From Candidatus Limnocylindrales bacterium (lineage in GTDB: Bacteria; Chloroflexota; Limnocylindria; Limnocylindrales; CSP1-4): a DNA stretch of 64,000 bases. Position 1 is the first letter of the stretch. The number at the start of each line of letters is the position of its first letter. A program made the position numbers and the translations under genes. Below, in pieces: positions 35,523 to 45,185 of this stretch. The notes beneath the pieces were generated by a model that saw only the letters and a program-made list of their open reading frames with translations, was not told the DNA's origin and made no database searches. The DNA lies in assembly GCA_036558545.1 (NCBI GenBank), contig DATBFJ010000074.1:24735-88734 (forward strand). The letters run 5' to 3'.

Positions 35523-36395
35523 ATGTCTGCACGGTTGACCCTCATGACGGTCCATGCCCACCCCGACGACGAGACGATCAGCACGGGGGGCGTGATGGCG
35601 CGCTACGCGGCCGAAGGCGCCCGGGTGGTGTGCGTTACGAGCACAGGCGGCGAACACGGCGAGATCGTCGTGCCAGAGATGGACACGCCCGAAAACCACG
35701 CCAAGCTTGGCGAAATCCGCGCCATCGAACTGCAACGAGCCCTGGCGCAACTGGGCAATGTCGAGTCGCGCAAGCTTGGTTACGTCGACTCGGGAATGAT
35801 GGGCACAAAGGAGAACGATGCGCCAGAGTCGTTCTGGCAAGCGGACTTCAACGAGGCGGTTGAGCGGCTGTTGGCAATCATGCGCGAGGTCCGGCCTCAG
35901 GTGATGGTCAGCTACAACGACTTCGGCGGATACGGGCATCCGGACCACATTCGTGCCGCGCTAACCGCCAAGGCCGCGTTCGAGCGATCCGTCTCCGAGG
36001 ATGGCGACGAGGCGCCCGCCAAGTTTTACGAAACGGCCACCAACTTCCGCCGCGACGAGCAGGTGATGAAGCGCGCCGAGGAGCGCGGCGTCAAATCGTG
36101 GTGGACGGCTTCAGAGGAAGAGACCGAGGAGCAACGCGCGGAGCGCGAGGCTCACTTCGCCAAGATGCTGGCGGCGACCGGACCGGTTACGACCTCGGTC
36201 GACGTAGCGAAGTTCGTCCCGAACAAGTACGCGGCCCTCAAAGAGCACGTGACCCAACTGCCGGCGGACGGTTTCTTTCTCGCCTTCACCGTCGAGGACT
36301 GGCAGGAGCTGATGCCGCGCGAGGAGTTCACCCTGCGCGTCTCACGTCACGGCGTCCGGATTCCAGAGGAGGACCTCTTCGCCGGCCTGCGCTAG
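35523..36395 (+). CDS. mca: Mycothiol S-conjugate amidase-like LmbE/PIG-L family metalloenzyme (Mca)
   Basis: MTVHAHPDDE, GGYGHPDHI, and the C-terminal PREEFTLRVSRHGVRIPEEDLFAGL. From memory, these track M. tuberculosis Mca (Rv1082). Confidence 0.75.
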   Translation: MSARLTLMTVHAHPDDETISTGGVMARYAAEGARVVCVTSTGGEHGEIVVPEMDTPENHAKLGEIRAIELQRALAQLGNVESRKLGYVDSGMMGTKENDAPESFWQADFNEAVERLLAIMREVRPQVMVSYNDFGGYGHPDHIRAALTAKAAFERSVSEDGDEAPAKFYETATNFRRDEQVMKRAEERGVKSWWTASEEETEEQRAEREAHFAKMLAATGPVTTSVDVAKFVPNKYAALKEHVTQLPADGFFLAFTVEDWQELMPREEFTLRVSRHGVRIPEEDLFAGLR

Positions 36396-36398
36396 CGA

Positions 36399-38108
36399 CT
36401 ATTTCGGCGGGGTGTTCCCGAAGTTGGGCGCCGGAGTGCCGCCCCAGTCGAGCTTGCCCGGCTGTGACTGCCACTTCATGACGTCGAACGCCCACTGACC
36501 GTCGGTGTTCGGGTCGGCGAAGTTGGGCTGCGCGTCAACGTTGAGAAGCGGATGAACCCAGATCTGGGCCGGCTTGTTGCCGTACCAGGTCGTCTCCGTG
36601 ACGAGGCCCTGGAGCGTCGTCTGGCGGAAGTTCTGATCGAAGATGAAGTTGCCCATCGAGAGCATCGCGACGTGGCCGTTGTAGTCGTAGATGCCGCCCG
36701 GGAAGTGATTGTGCGAGCCGATGATCATGTCTGCACCGGCGTCGAACCACTCGCGCGCCAGGGCGAACTGATAGGCGACGGGCTGCTCGTACTCGATGCC
36801 CCAGTGGGGGAAGACAACGATCACGTCGACGCTGTCGCGGATCTGGTGGATGGTCTGGGTGACGCTGCCGTTCTTGCAGCTGTTTGTCCCGACCTGGCCC
36901 GGTCCCTTGGACCAGTAGCCCGGATTGACGGCATCGCAGGCGATGATCGCCACCTTCTGGCCGTCGATCGTGGTGATGACCGGCTGAGCCGCTGCCTCTG
37001 GACCGACTCCGGCACCAGCGTGCAGGAGGCCCAGCGAATCGAGGGTCGACATGGCGGTCGACAACGCTTTGGCGCCGCCGTTCTTGGCATGGTTGTTGGC
37101 ATCTGAAAGAAGGTCGAAGCCAAATTCCTTGACGACCTGCAGGTACGACGGGTCCGTGGTGAAGGTGAATGAAGTCGGGCCGTGGTATTGCGGATTGGGC
37201 AGAACACCGGTCTCCAGGTTGGCCATGGCGAAATCGGCGTCTTCGATGACCTTCTGGACCGCACCGGAGTTGCCCGTCCGCGACACGACCGGGTACTGAT
37301 AACCAAAGAACGAGCAGCATTTGACCCGATCGACCTGGGATGTGCCTCCATCGAGGAGGTAGGACGGCCCTTTGCCCGATGCTTCGACCGCCGTTCGGAC
37401 GCCGCGGTCGCCCATGATGTCGCCAGCCGACACGAGCACCCAGTTCTTGCTCTGATCCCAGGCAGCGGCAGCCTGTACGTCTGCGCTTAATGGCCACTGC
37501 GAGATGTCCTTGATGCGGCCCTCGCCGAACAAATTGGCATCGTCGATGCCCAAGGCACGCATCTCCGGGATGACGTCAGTGGCCCGTACGAAGCCAAGGC
37601 CGCCGCCCTTGATCGCAGCGATCACGTCATCGGCACTGCCGCGCTGGACGTCTGAGCCCAGGGTCACACCGGCAGCGGCCGCCAATGCTTCTGCGTCGTC
37701 AGCAGGCACGACGATCGGTGAGTACTTGTCGCTGCTGCCCTGGAGTGCGGCCCTGACCTCATCCATTGGCATCGACGTACGCGTAGACCAAAAATTGATG
37801 ACTGGCACGAACGGCATGGCGGCGGCGCTCGTGGGCGGAGTTGGTGAAGGTGTCGGCGAACCGCCAGGGGGCTGAGTCGGCCCGCTTACCGGGGCGCTTG
37901 GCAAGGGCGGCGAGGTGGGCTGCGGAGTGGCACCCGGTGGCGCGACGAGGCTTGACGACCCGTGGGGAGTAGGAAGCGCCAAGGAAGCGCCGGGCGGGGA
38001 GGTGGGCGGAGTCGATGAACCGCACGCTCCGAAGAGGAGCGCGACCACCGCGAAGGTGACCAGCCGAGTCTTGACTGACCGAGTTATGGCGGTGGACCTC
38101 AAGGACAA
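36399..38108 (-). CDS. CapA/PGA_cap family metallophosphatase lipoprotein (poly-gamma-glutamate-synthesis-like)
   Basis: Lipobox ALLFGACGSS and a Pro/Ser/Thr linker. CapA-type motifs SAGDIMGDRG, DLLSDANNHAKNGG and the GSHNHFP region. 5' end trimmed to a TTG at ~38108 because the longer track ORF would run through tRNA-Asp. Confidence 0.7.
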   Translation of the reverse strand: MSLRSTAITRSVKTRLVTFAVVALLFGACGSSTPPTSPPGASLALPTPHGSSSLVAPPGATPQPTSPPLPSAPVSGPTQPPGGSPTPSPTPPTSAAAMPFVPVINFWSTRTSMPMDEVRAALQGSSDKYSPIVVPADDAEALAAAAGVTLGSDVQRGSADDVIAAIKGGGLGFVRATDVIPEMRALGIDDANLFGEGRIKDISQWPLSADVQAAAAWDQSKNWVLVSAGDIMGDRGVRTAVEASGKGPSYLLDGGTSQVDRVKCCSFFGYQYPVVSRTGNSGAVQKVIEDADFAMANLETGVLPNPQYHGPTSFTFTTDPSYLQVVKEFGFDLLSDANNHAKNGGAKALSTAMSTLDSLGLLHAGAGVGPEAAAQPVITTIDGQKVAIIACDAVNPGYWSKGPGQVGTNSCKNGSVTQTIHQIRDSVDVIVVFPHWGIEYEQPVAYQFALAREWFDAGADMIIGSHNHFPGGIYDYNGHVAMLSMGNFIFDQNFRQTTLQGLVTETTWYGNKPAQIWVHPLLNVDAQPNFADPNTDGQWAFDVMKWQSQPGKLDWGGTPAPNFGNTPPK

Positions 38109-38132
38109 GGAAACGCCGAACTGTGACGAGTA

Positions 38133-38209
38133 TGGCGGACCCGACCGGATTCGAACCGGCGATCTCCAGCGTGACAGGCTGGCATGTTTGGCCGCTACAC
38201 CACGGGTCC
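38133..38209 (-). tRNA. tRNA-Asp (anticodon GTC)
   Basis: Minus-strand sequence GGACCCGTGGTGTAGCGGCCAAACATGCCAGCCTGTCACGCTGGAGATCGCCGGTTCGAATCCGGTCGGGTCCGCCA. Anticodon arm CCAGC-CTGTCAC-GCTGG, T-loop GGTTCGAATCC, acceptor stem GGACCCG/CGGGTCC, discriminator G, encoded CCA. Confidence 0.8.
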
Positions 38210-38318
38210 GCGCGGGCAAGGAGAATAGCCGACTTTGTGCTGGGTCACCAACCTCGCGCATTGTGCGCAAGGCGCCCTCGTACACTGCGCACTGTCCCTT
38301 CCCACTCGGAGAGAGGAC

Positions 38319-41300
38319 GTGAGCGAACCTCCGGACTCGACTGTCACCGAATCAGAGGGGGCTCCGGAACCCGCGCCGCCGGGTGCAGCGCAGGCGACTG
38401 AACTGCGCACGTTCCTGATCGCCGACATTCGCGGTTACACGACCTACACCCGTGAACGCGGTGACGAGGCCGGCGCGGAGCTGGTTCGTCGTTTCAGCGA
38501 GATTGTCGAAGAGGTCGTAACGGCGCGCGACGGATTCCTGCTCGAGCTGCGCGGTGACGAGGCACTGGTCGTTTTCGTTTCCGCGCGCAAGGCGCTCCGC
38601 GCTGCGATCGACCTCCAGGACCGAGTCGTGGCCGATGGTCTGCCTCTTGGCGTAGGCATTGGCCTGGACGCTGGTGAAGCCATCCCCGTTGGAGCGGGCT
38701 TTCGAGGAACATCGCTCAACCTTGCCGCCCGTCTGTGTGCCAGCGCGGCCGCAGGCGAAACGCTCGCGTCCGAGGCGGTCATCCATCTTGCGGCCAAGCT
38801 TGACGGCATTGCCTACGTGGATGCCCGCGACCTGAAAGTCAAAGGCTTCGACACGTCCGTGCGCGCGGTTGCCGTTATTCACTCGGATCGAACCAAAGGC
38901 CATCGCCTGGCCGGAGGCCGTAGCTCGTCCAACCGCAATCGAGCCTTGGTCCTGGCGCTGACGGGAGTCGCGGCGCTGGCGGTCGTCGGATCGGCGTTCG
39001 CTGCCTTCCTGTTTCAACGTGCAAGCCCATCGCCGGGTCCCACGACACCGCCCACGAGCGCAGGAGTCGGTGCATACCAGTCATCCACACCGGGAGTTGG
39101 ACCGTCGAACACTCAGGCAGTCGATTCGCCGCCTGATCCATTGGCCCTGGCCAATTTGCCGCTGCTCGCTTTTTACGATGCGTCGACTGGCGGTCTCGAG
39201 GGGACAACTCCGCTGGCTGGGCCGCGCAACATCGCCTTTTTTGCCGGCGGTTCGTATTGGATCCTGGACAACAGCAAGCAATTCAATCGCGTCGATCCAA
39301 AGACTCACCAGATAACGCAGCGCATCAATGTCCCGATTGATGAACCGAACGGCTATGCCTACGACGACGACTACATCTGGGTAACGGATCTGTCCGGCCC
39401 AAGGGTCGTCCGGATCGATCAAAGAAGCGGAACCTCAGGCCAGCCCTTCGACTTTTCGAAGGACGCGTCCGATACGTCTCCGGCCACTGACGTCGCCGCC
39501 GGGGGCGGTTACGTGTGGTTGGCCCGCCAGGATCTGAACGAGATCTTGAAGCTGGATCCGTCCACCGGCGCCGTCGTCGACACCATCACGGCCGACGCTT
39601 GGGGAATGGCATACGGCGGCGGAGCGGTCTGGTTCTGGGGCGACGGCAACGTGGGGCGCATCGATCCTCAGACTGACACCCAGACCTTCGAACCGGCTCA
39701 CGTCTCGGACGAACAGGGCCTGGGCAACATCTACGTCGCGGGCGACGATGCGTGGACATCGACAGCCGACAACGGGATCGTCTATCGCGTGGACCGGTCC
39801 GGACGCGTGACGCAGTACCCACTCGACCCTGGCGTTGGCGAGATGGCGCCCGCTGCGGACGCGATGTGGGTAACGAACGCCAACACGGGCACGCTGACCG
39901 GCATCGACGTGGCTACTGGCCTCAGAGACCGGACTATCAATACCGGCCACGCCACGATCGGAGTTGCCTCAGATGCTGACGAGATCATGGTCGCTGTGGG
40001 TCCCACAGTCGACGAAGGGATCGCGCAACTGCCGGGCTCGGTGCTGACAGTTGCAACCGACGGAATTCCCTTCTACAACCCTGGCCCCGATCCGCCACTC
40101 AACAGCGACTATCAGGTTCGACAGGCCCTGTACCTGACGTGCGCCAATCTGCTCATTCACCCTGATGCCCCCGGAGCAGACGGCCTCAAGCTGGTTCCGG
40201 AGGCCGCGACGTCCCTGCCCGCCGTGAGCTCGGATGGGCTGACGTACACCTTCACGGTTCGTCCCGGCTTGAAGTTCTCGCCACCGAGCGACGAGGAGCT
40301 CACTGCCGAGACGTTCCGGTACTCCCTCGAGCGTGCCGTATCGCCGGTGTACGGCGATGGTGACCTTGGGCCCAGGTTCTTCGCCGACATAGCGGGCGTC
40401 AGCGAATATCGCGCCGGCACGGCTGACCACGTGAGCGGGCTCGTCGTCGATGGCGACAAGCTGGTCATCACCCTCGTGGCCCCGGCACCGGACCTCCTGG
40501 CGCGACTCGCGTCATCCGTCGCCTGCCCCGTGCCCACGCACGGCACGCCTGCCCTGCGCAGCGGACTCGGAGTTGACTCACCCACCGCCGGCGCAGGGCC
40601 CTACTACATCTCGGAGACGATCCGAAAACGCCTGGTGGTTCTGACTAAAAACCCAAACTACGGCGGCACCAGGCCGCGGCCTTTCGACGAGATCGCGTTC
40701 CGCCTCGAAGTGGCTCCCAACACGTCGCTTCAGATGGTCAACGACGACGAGGTCGACGCCGCGATGTTCATCAACGGCGACCCTCTTACCGGGCCGCCGA
40801 GCGATCTGGCTGGCAAATGGGGACCAACGGGCACGAACACAAGCGCAGGCGGTCAGCGGTGGTTCGGTGGCCCTAACACCAACGTTGGTTTTCTGGTCGT
40901 CAATCCGACACGTGAACCGTTCGACGACCCCAACGTGAGACACGCCGTCGCGCTGGCTCTTGACCGGAATGAGTTCTCCGGCATCTGGGTCAACGGTCCA
41001 ACTGATGAGCTGCTTGTGCCCTCCGTCGAAGGCTCGGATCCGAGCCTTGCGGTATCGCCGCCTGACGTCGAAGCCGCCAAAGCACTGTTGAACGGTCAGC
41101 AGTTGGAGATGACGATGCTCGGAGCTCCACTTGCGTGGAATTGCGGACCATGCGCCGACTTCCAGAACGCCGTGACGCGCCAGCTCGCCGCCATCGGGAT
41201 CACGGTGAACCTTCGCTATCCGCCCGGGGAGGACTACCCGGGCGACGGTGTCTTCGCGGGCAAGAGCGATGTCGACATGCTCGTTTGGGGAAGCGGTGCG

Positions 41301-41615
41301 GACTATTCGGACCCTGTCACCCTGCTGCAAGGCCTTCACGATGTGCCGTGGGTAGGACAAGCCAACATCGACGAGCTCACGCGCCTCGAAGGGGTTGGCG
41401 GCCAGGCGCGCGTCGATGGAGCCGTGGCTCTGGCCAATCAACTGGTCGATCAGCAGTTCCTGATCATGCCCACGGGCTACGAGGTCTTTCCCTTCTTCAT
41501 CTCGGATCAGGTCGCTTGCGGTTTCGTCCAGCCCGCGATCGGCGGCGTTGATCTTCTGAGCCTGTGCGACAGGAGCGGCACCAGCCAGTCCCCACTGCCC
41601 ACTGCGTCGCCGTAA
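38319..41615 (+). CDS. Membrane-anchored class III adenylate/guanylate cyclase fused to an extracytoplasmic beta-propeller and a family-5 solute-binding (OppA/DppA-like) domain
   Basis: GTG 38319 preceded by GGAGAGAGGA. N-terminal cyclase domain LRTFLIADIRGYTTYTRERGDEAGAELV...GIGLDAGEA...GTSLNLAARL. One TM helix ALVLALTGVAALAVVGSAFAAFLF. YVW/WVT-type propeller repeats. The C-terminus carries SBP_bac_5 motifs (LYLTCANLLIHPD, NPNYGGTRP). Confidence 0.75.
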   Translation: MSEPPDSTVTESEGAPEPAPPGAAQATELRTFLIADIRGYTTYTRERGDEAGAELVRRFSEIVEEVVTARDGFLLELRGDEALVVFVSARKALRAAIDLQDRVVADGLPLGVGIGLDAGEAIPVGAGFRGTSLNLAARLCASAAAGETLASEAVIHLAAKLDGIAYVDARDLKVKGFDTSVRAVAVIHSDRTKGHRLAGGRSSSNRNRALVLALTGVAALAVVGSAFAAFLFQRASPSPGPTTPPTSAGVGAYQSSTPGVGPSNTQAVDSPPDPLALANLPLLAFYDASTGGLEGTTPLAGPRNIAFFAGGSYWILDNSKQFNRVDPKTHQITQRINVPIDEPNGYAYDDDYIWVTDLSGPRVVRIDQRSGTSGQPFDFSKDASDTSPATDVAAGGGYVWLARQDLNEILKLDPSTGAVVDTITADAWGMAYGGGAVWFWGDGNVGRIDPQTDTQTFEPAHVSDEQGLGNIYVAGDDAWTSTADNGIVYRVDRSGRVTQYPLDPGVGEMAPAADAMWVTNANTGTLTGIDVATGLRDRTINTGHATIGVASDADEIMVAVGPTVDEGIAQLPGSVLTVATDGIPFYNPGPDPPLNSDYQVRQALYLTCANLLIHPDAPGADGLKLVPEAATSLPAVSSDGLTYTFTVRPGLKFSPPSDEELTAETFRYSLERAVSPVYGDGDLGPRFFADIAGVSEYRAGTADHVSGLVVDGDKLVITLVAPAPDLLARLASSVACPVPTHGTPALRSGLGVDSPTAGAGPYYISETIRKRLVVLTKNPNYGGTRPRPFDEIAFRLEVAPNTSLQMVNDDEVDAAMFINGDPLTGPPSDLAGKWGPTGTNTSAGGQRWFGGPNTNVGFLVVNPTREPFDDPNVRHAVALALDRNEFSGIWVNGPTDELLVPSVEGSDPSLAVSPPDVEAAKALLNGQQLEMTMLGAPLAWNCGPCADFQNAVTRQLAAIGITVNLRYPPGEDYPGDGVFAGKSDVDMLVWGSGADYSDPVTLLQGLHDVPWVGQANIDELTRLEGVGGQARVDGAVALANQLVDQQFLIMPTGYEVFPFFISDQVACGFVQPAIGGVDLLSLCDRSGTSQSPLPTASP

Positions 41616-41654
41616 AGAAGGTCGTCAGCGTCCCCAACCTATACTCGGCCTCCG

Positions 41655-42764
41655 ATGCCAGACCACGTGATCGACCTTCGCTCCGACACGGTTACCAAGC
41701 CGTCGCCGGAGATGCGCCGCGCGATGGCGGAGGCTGAGGTTGGCGACGATGTCTTCGGCGATGATCCCACTGTCATTGCGCTGGAAGAACGCGCCGCCGA
41801 GTTAACCGGCAAGGAGGCGGCGCTGTTCGTGGCGAGCGGCACGATGGGCAACCTCGTGAGCGTCCTCGCCCAGGTGCCACGTGGCGGCGAGATCATCGCG
41901 GGCGACGGCAATCACACCTTCGCGCACGAGGCGGCTAACCACGCGGTCGTGGTGGGCGCGGGCATGAAGCTGCTGCCGTGGAACGAGCAGGGCCAAATGG
42001 ATCTGGACCAGATCCGCGCCGCGTTCCGCAATTCAATGGACGTTCACGAGCCGATCACATCGCTGGTGATGCTCGAGAACACGCACTCCGACTCGATGGC
42101 ACAGCCTCTGCCCGCGGACTACGTCACGGCCGTCGGCAAAGTCGCGCACGAGGGTGGAGTGCCGCTCCATGTCGACGGCGCGCGCATCTTCAACGCGTCA
42201 GTCGCTCTGAGCACGCCCGTCAGCGAGCTCCTCGAAGCCGCCGACTCAGCCAGCTTCTGCCTGTCCAAGGGTCTCGCGTGCCCAGTCGGTTCGCTCGTCG
42301 TGGGATCTAAGGAGCTGATCTGGCGCGCACGTCGGGCGCGCAAGATGGTCGGCGGCGGAATGCGCCAAGTCGGAATTCTTGCTGCGGCCGGACTGATCGC
42401 GCTACGAGACGGACCCACTGGCATGATCGATCGACTCGCTGACGACCACGCCAATGCGCGCCGGCTGGCAGATGGGATCGCCAACTTGCCGGGCATCGTC
42501 GGTCTCGAGCCGGCGAAAGCCAGGACCAACTTTGTCTTCTTCGAAGTGGCAACGCCGGAGCTGCGTATGCCCTTCCTCGAGGCTCTCGCGGACGAAGGCG
42601 TCATGATGATCGACTACCCGGGCGGTGAGCGTATCCGCGCAGTCACTCACTACGGGATCGAAACGGCCGACGTTGACGCCGCGATCAACGCGACGCGTCG
42701 GGCACTGGCGACCGTTGGTCTCGCGCCCGCCGTATCGACCGCAGCAGTAGGCGCCGGTGTCTGA
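41655..42764 (+). CDS. ltaE: Low-specificity L-threonine aldolase
   Basis: IDLRSDTVTKPS, DDVFGDDPTV and GTMGNL are diagnostic of beta-eliminating-lyase-family threonine aldolases. Confidence 0.8.
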   Translation: MPDHVIDLRSDTVTKPSPEMRRAMAEAEVGDDVFGDDPTVIALEERAAELTGKEAALFVASGTMGNLVSVLAQVPRGGEIIAGDGNHTFAHEAANHAVVVGAGMKLLPWNEQGQMDLDQIRAAFRNSMDVHEPITSLVMLENTHSDSMAQPLPADYVTAVGKVAHEGGVPLHVDGARIFNASVALSTPVSELLEAADSASFCLSKGLACPVGSLVVGSKELIWRARRARKMVGGGMRQVGILAAAGLIALRDGPTGMIDRLADDHANARRLADGIANLPGIVGLEPAKARTNFVFFEVATPELRMPFLEALADEGVMMIDYPGGERIRAVTHYGIETADVDAAINATRRALATVGLAPAVSTAAVGAGV

Positions 42765-44451
42765 CCCCAGCACCAAAGGCAACCTCGACGCGCGTACAGC
42801 CCATGAACCGGTCACTCCGGCGGATCAGCGACTTCAGTCGACGATCGAGGCACGCTTCGACGAGTACATGACTCGTCACCCTGTCATGGCCAGCTGGTTG
42901 GGCGTGCCCGGACATGACGACGACCTTTCAGACGGAAGTCGAAGTGCGGTGCTCGAAGACGCCGCCCTGGCGCGCAGATTCGTGGCGGAGCTGGATCAGA
43001 TCAACCCGAGCGAGCTCTCGCCCTACTACCGGATCGAGCGCGAGCTGGGGCTCTTCACGACCCGGCGCGAGTTGTTCGACATCGAGGAGCACCGCGTCTG
43101 GGAGCGCCGGGTCAACGCCGCCGACGAGATTGGCGACGGCATCTTCCTGCTCATCACCCGCGGGACGCGGCCGCTGAGCGATCGGCTTATGTCCATTGCT
43201 GCGCGGATCGAAAAAACGCCGGAGCTGATCGAGCAGCATAAGTCGCGCCTCGACAACGTCGTTCCTCCGGCAAGGCTCTGGAACGAGATGGAGCTCGAGG
43301 CGGTCGAATCGATGGGTTCGCTCTTCGATGAGGTCATCGTCGCCGCGCGAACGGAGTTCGGCGAGGACACGCCACAGGTCAAGCGTCTCGAGAGGGCCGC
43401 GCGCGAGGCGAGCGCGGCGTTCGCGGACTACTCGGCATGGCTGACGGGTCAGCTAGGTCGAGCGACTGAGGACTACGCACTCGGCCGCGAGAAGTACGAC
43501 GAACTCGTCGCGCTGCGTGCGTTCGACGGTCTTACAAGCGACGACATTCTCGAAATCGGTCAGCAGCAACTGGCCGAAAATCGCCGGATTCGAGCTGAAC
43601 TCGCGAAGCAGATCGACACGACCAAGACGGAGTTCGAGGTCGTCGACCGGATCAAGTCGGAGCACCCAAGCGACTTCGACGAGGCCTTGAGCCGCTACCG
43701 CGAGGCCATGGACGAGGCGCGCCAGTACGTGATCGATCACAAGATCGCGACGATGCCAACGGGTGAGCAGCTTTCGGTGATTGCAACTCCGGAGTACATG
43801 CGCAGCGTGATGCCCTTCGCCGCGTATTTCTCGGCGCCCAAGTTCGGGGCTGACGGTGAAGGTCGGCGTGGGATCTACGTTGTCACACCGTCGGTCGACG
43901 GCGAAGAGGGCGCAATGCGCGAGCACAACTTCGCGTCGATCTACAACACGTCAATCCACGAGGCCTATCCCGGCCACCACCAGCAGCTGACCGTGGCGAA
44001 CAACCATCCAAGCCTGGTCCGCGTGCTTGTCGACGCACCCGAGTTCGTCGAAGGCTGGGCGATGTATTGCGAGCAGATGATGCGCGAAGAAGGCTTCGAC
44101 ACCAGCGTCGAGCATCGAATCATGATGCACACCGACGCGATCTGGCGCGCCTGCCGGATCATCCTGGACGTCAAGCTCCACCGCGGCGAGATCGGCGTCG
44201 ACGATGCGATCGACTTCATGGTCGACCAGACAGGGTTCGAGCGCGCGAACGCCACGGCTGAGGTCCAGCGCTACACCTACACACCTACCTACCAGCTGTC
44301 GTATCTGCTTGGCAAAGTGCTTCTGCTCAGGCTGCGCGACGACGAGAAGAAGCGGCTGGGCACCAATTTCAACCTGGGCGAGTTCCACGATGCGATGCTC
44401 AACCAGGGCGGGCTTCCGGTCAGCTTCCAGCGTCGGCTGCTCGCCTCGTAG
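42757..44451 (+). CDS. DUF885 family protein (putative metallopeptidase)
   Basis: 564 aa. IHEAYPGHHQQ is the DUF885 HExxPGHH motif. Confidence 0.7.
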   Translation: MSDPSTKGNLDARTAHEPVTPADQRLQSTIEARFDEYMTRHPVMASWLGVPGHDDDLSDGSRSAVLEDAALARRFVAELDQINPSELSPYYRIERELGLFTTRRELFDIEEHRVWERRVNAADEIGDGIFLLITRGTRPLSDRLMSIAARIEKTPELIEQHKSRLDNVVPPARLWNEMELEAVESMGSLFDEVIVAARTEFGEDTPQVKRLERAAREASAAFADYSAWLTGQLGRATEDYALGREKYDELVALRAFDGLTSDDILEIGQQQLAENRRIRAELAKQIDTTKTEFEVVDRIKSEHPSDFDEALSRYREAMDEARQYVIDHKIATMPTGEQLSVIATPEYMRSVMPFAAYFSAPKFGADGEGRRGIYVVTPSVDGEEGAMREHNFASIYNTSIHEAYPGHHQQLTVANNHPSLVRVLVDAPEFVEGWAMYCEQMMREEGFDTSVEHRIMMHTDAIWRACRIILDVKLHRGEIGVDDAIDFMVDQTGFERANATAEVQRYTYTPTYQLSYLLGKVLLLRLRDDEKKRLGTNFNLGEFHDAMLNQGGLPVSFQRRLLAS

Positions 44452-44469
44452 CCAGATCGGCAACCACGA

Positions 44470-45177
44470 GTGAAGATCGTCCCGAGCATTGATCTCCAGT
44501 CCGGGCATTCGCGGCTTGTCATGTGGCCGGGCGCGGCGACGGGAGAGGGGTCACCGACTGACCGCCCGGAGAAGATCGCGACATATTTCGTAAGCCAGGG
44601 CGCACAGATGCTCCACCTTGTCGATCTGGACGGAGCCCAGCGCGGCGCGCCCGCGAACACCGAACAGATCCAGCGCATCTCGCGATCAGTCGCTGTGCCA
44701 ATCCAACTGGCCGGGGGTGTCGACGGGCCCGAACAGATCGAGCTTGCCTTTGCCTGTGGCGCGACGCGTGTAGTCATCCCTCTGTGGGCGGTGGCCGAGG
44801 ACGTCTCGGTCCTGCGGGCTTGCCTGCGCGTGGCCTCCGACTGGCTGGCCGTTGGCATCGACGCGCGTCCGGACAGGCTCGCCCAGTACCCATGGCACGG
44901 TGCGCCACCAACGTTCGAGTCGCTCGTGGGCATGCTCTCGAGCGAAGGAGTGCGCCGTTTGGTCGTCTCGCATTGGGACGCCGAAACCGTGACGCCACTC
45001 GCTGCGACCATCCGCAATCGTGATCTCGAGCTGCAGCTGGCCGGCGGCGCGACTGACAGTTCTGGTGTCGACGCCGCTCGCGCCGCCGGCGCCGACGCCT
45101 TGATCCTTGGTGAGGCACTCTTTTCAGGCGCTATCGATTTTCAGCAGACAGCACGAGGGGTAGCCGTAAATGGCTGA
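44470..45177 (+). CDS. HisA/HisF-family (beta/alpha)8-barrel protein, divergent paralog
   Basis: N-terminal IVPSIDLQSG is the HisA-like catalytic Asp. Also LHLVDLDGA and the glycine-rich phosphate-binding ends QLAGG and LILGEALF. Confidence 0.5.
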   Translation: MKIVPSIDLQSGHSRLVMWPGAATGEGSPTDRPEKIATYFVSQGAQMLHLVDLDGAQRGAPANTEQIQRISRSVAVPIQLAGGVDGPEQIELAFACGATRVVIPLWAVAEDVSVLRACLRVASDWLAVGIDARPDRLAQYPWHGAPPTFESLVGMLSSEGVRRLVVSHWDAETVTPLAATIRNRDLELQLAGGATDSSGVDAARAAGADALILGEALFSGAIDFQQTARGVAVNG

Positions 45178-45185
45178 GTCACAGA

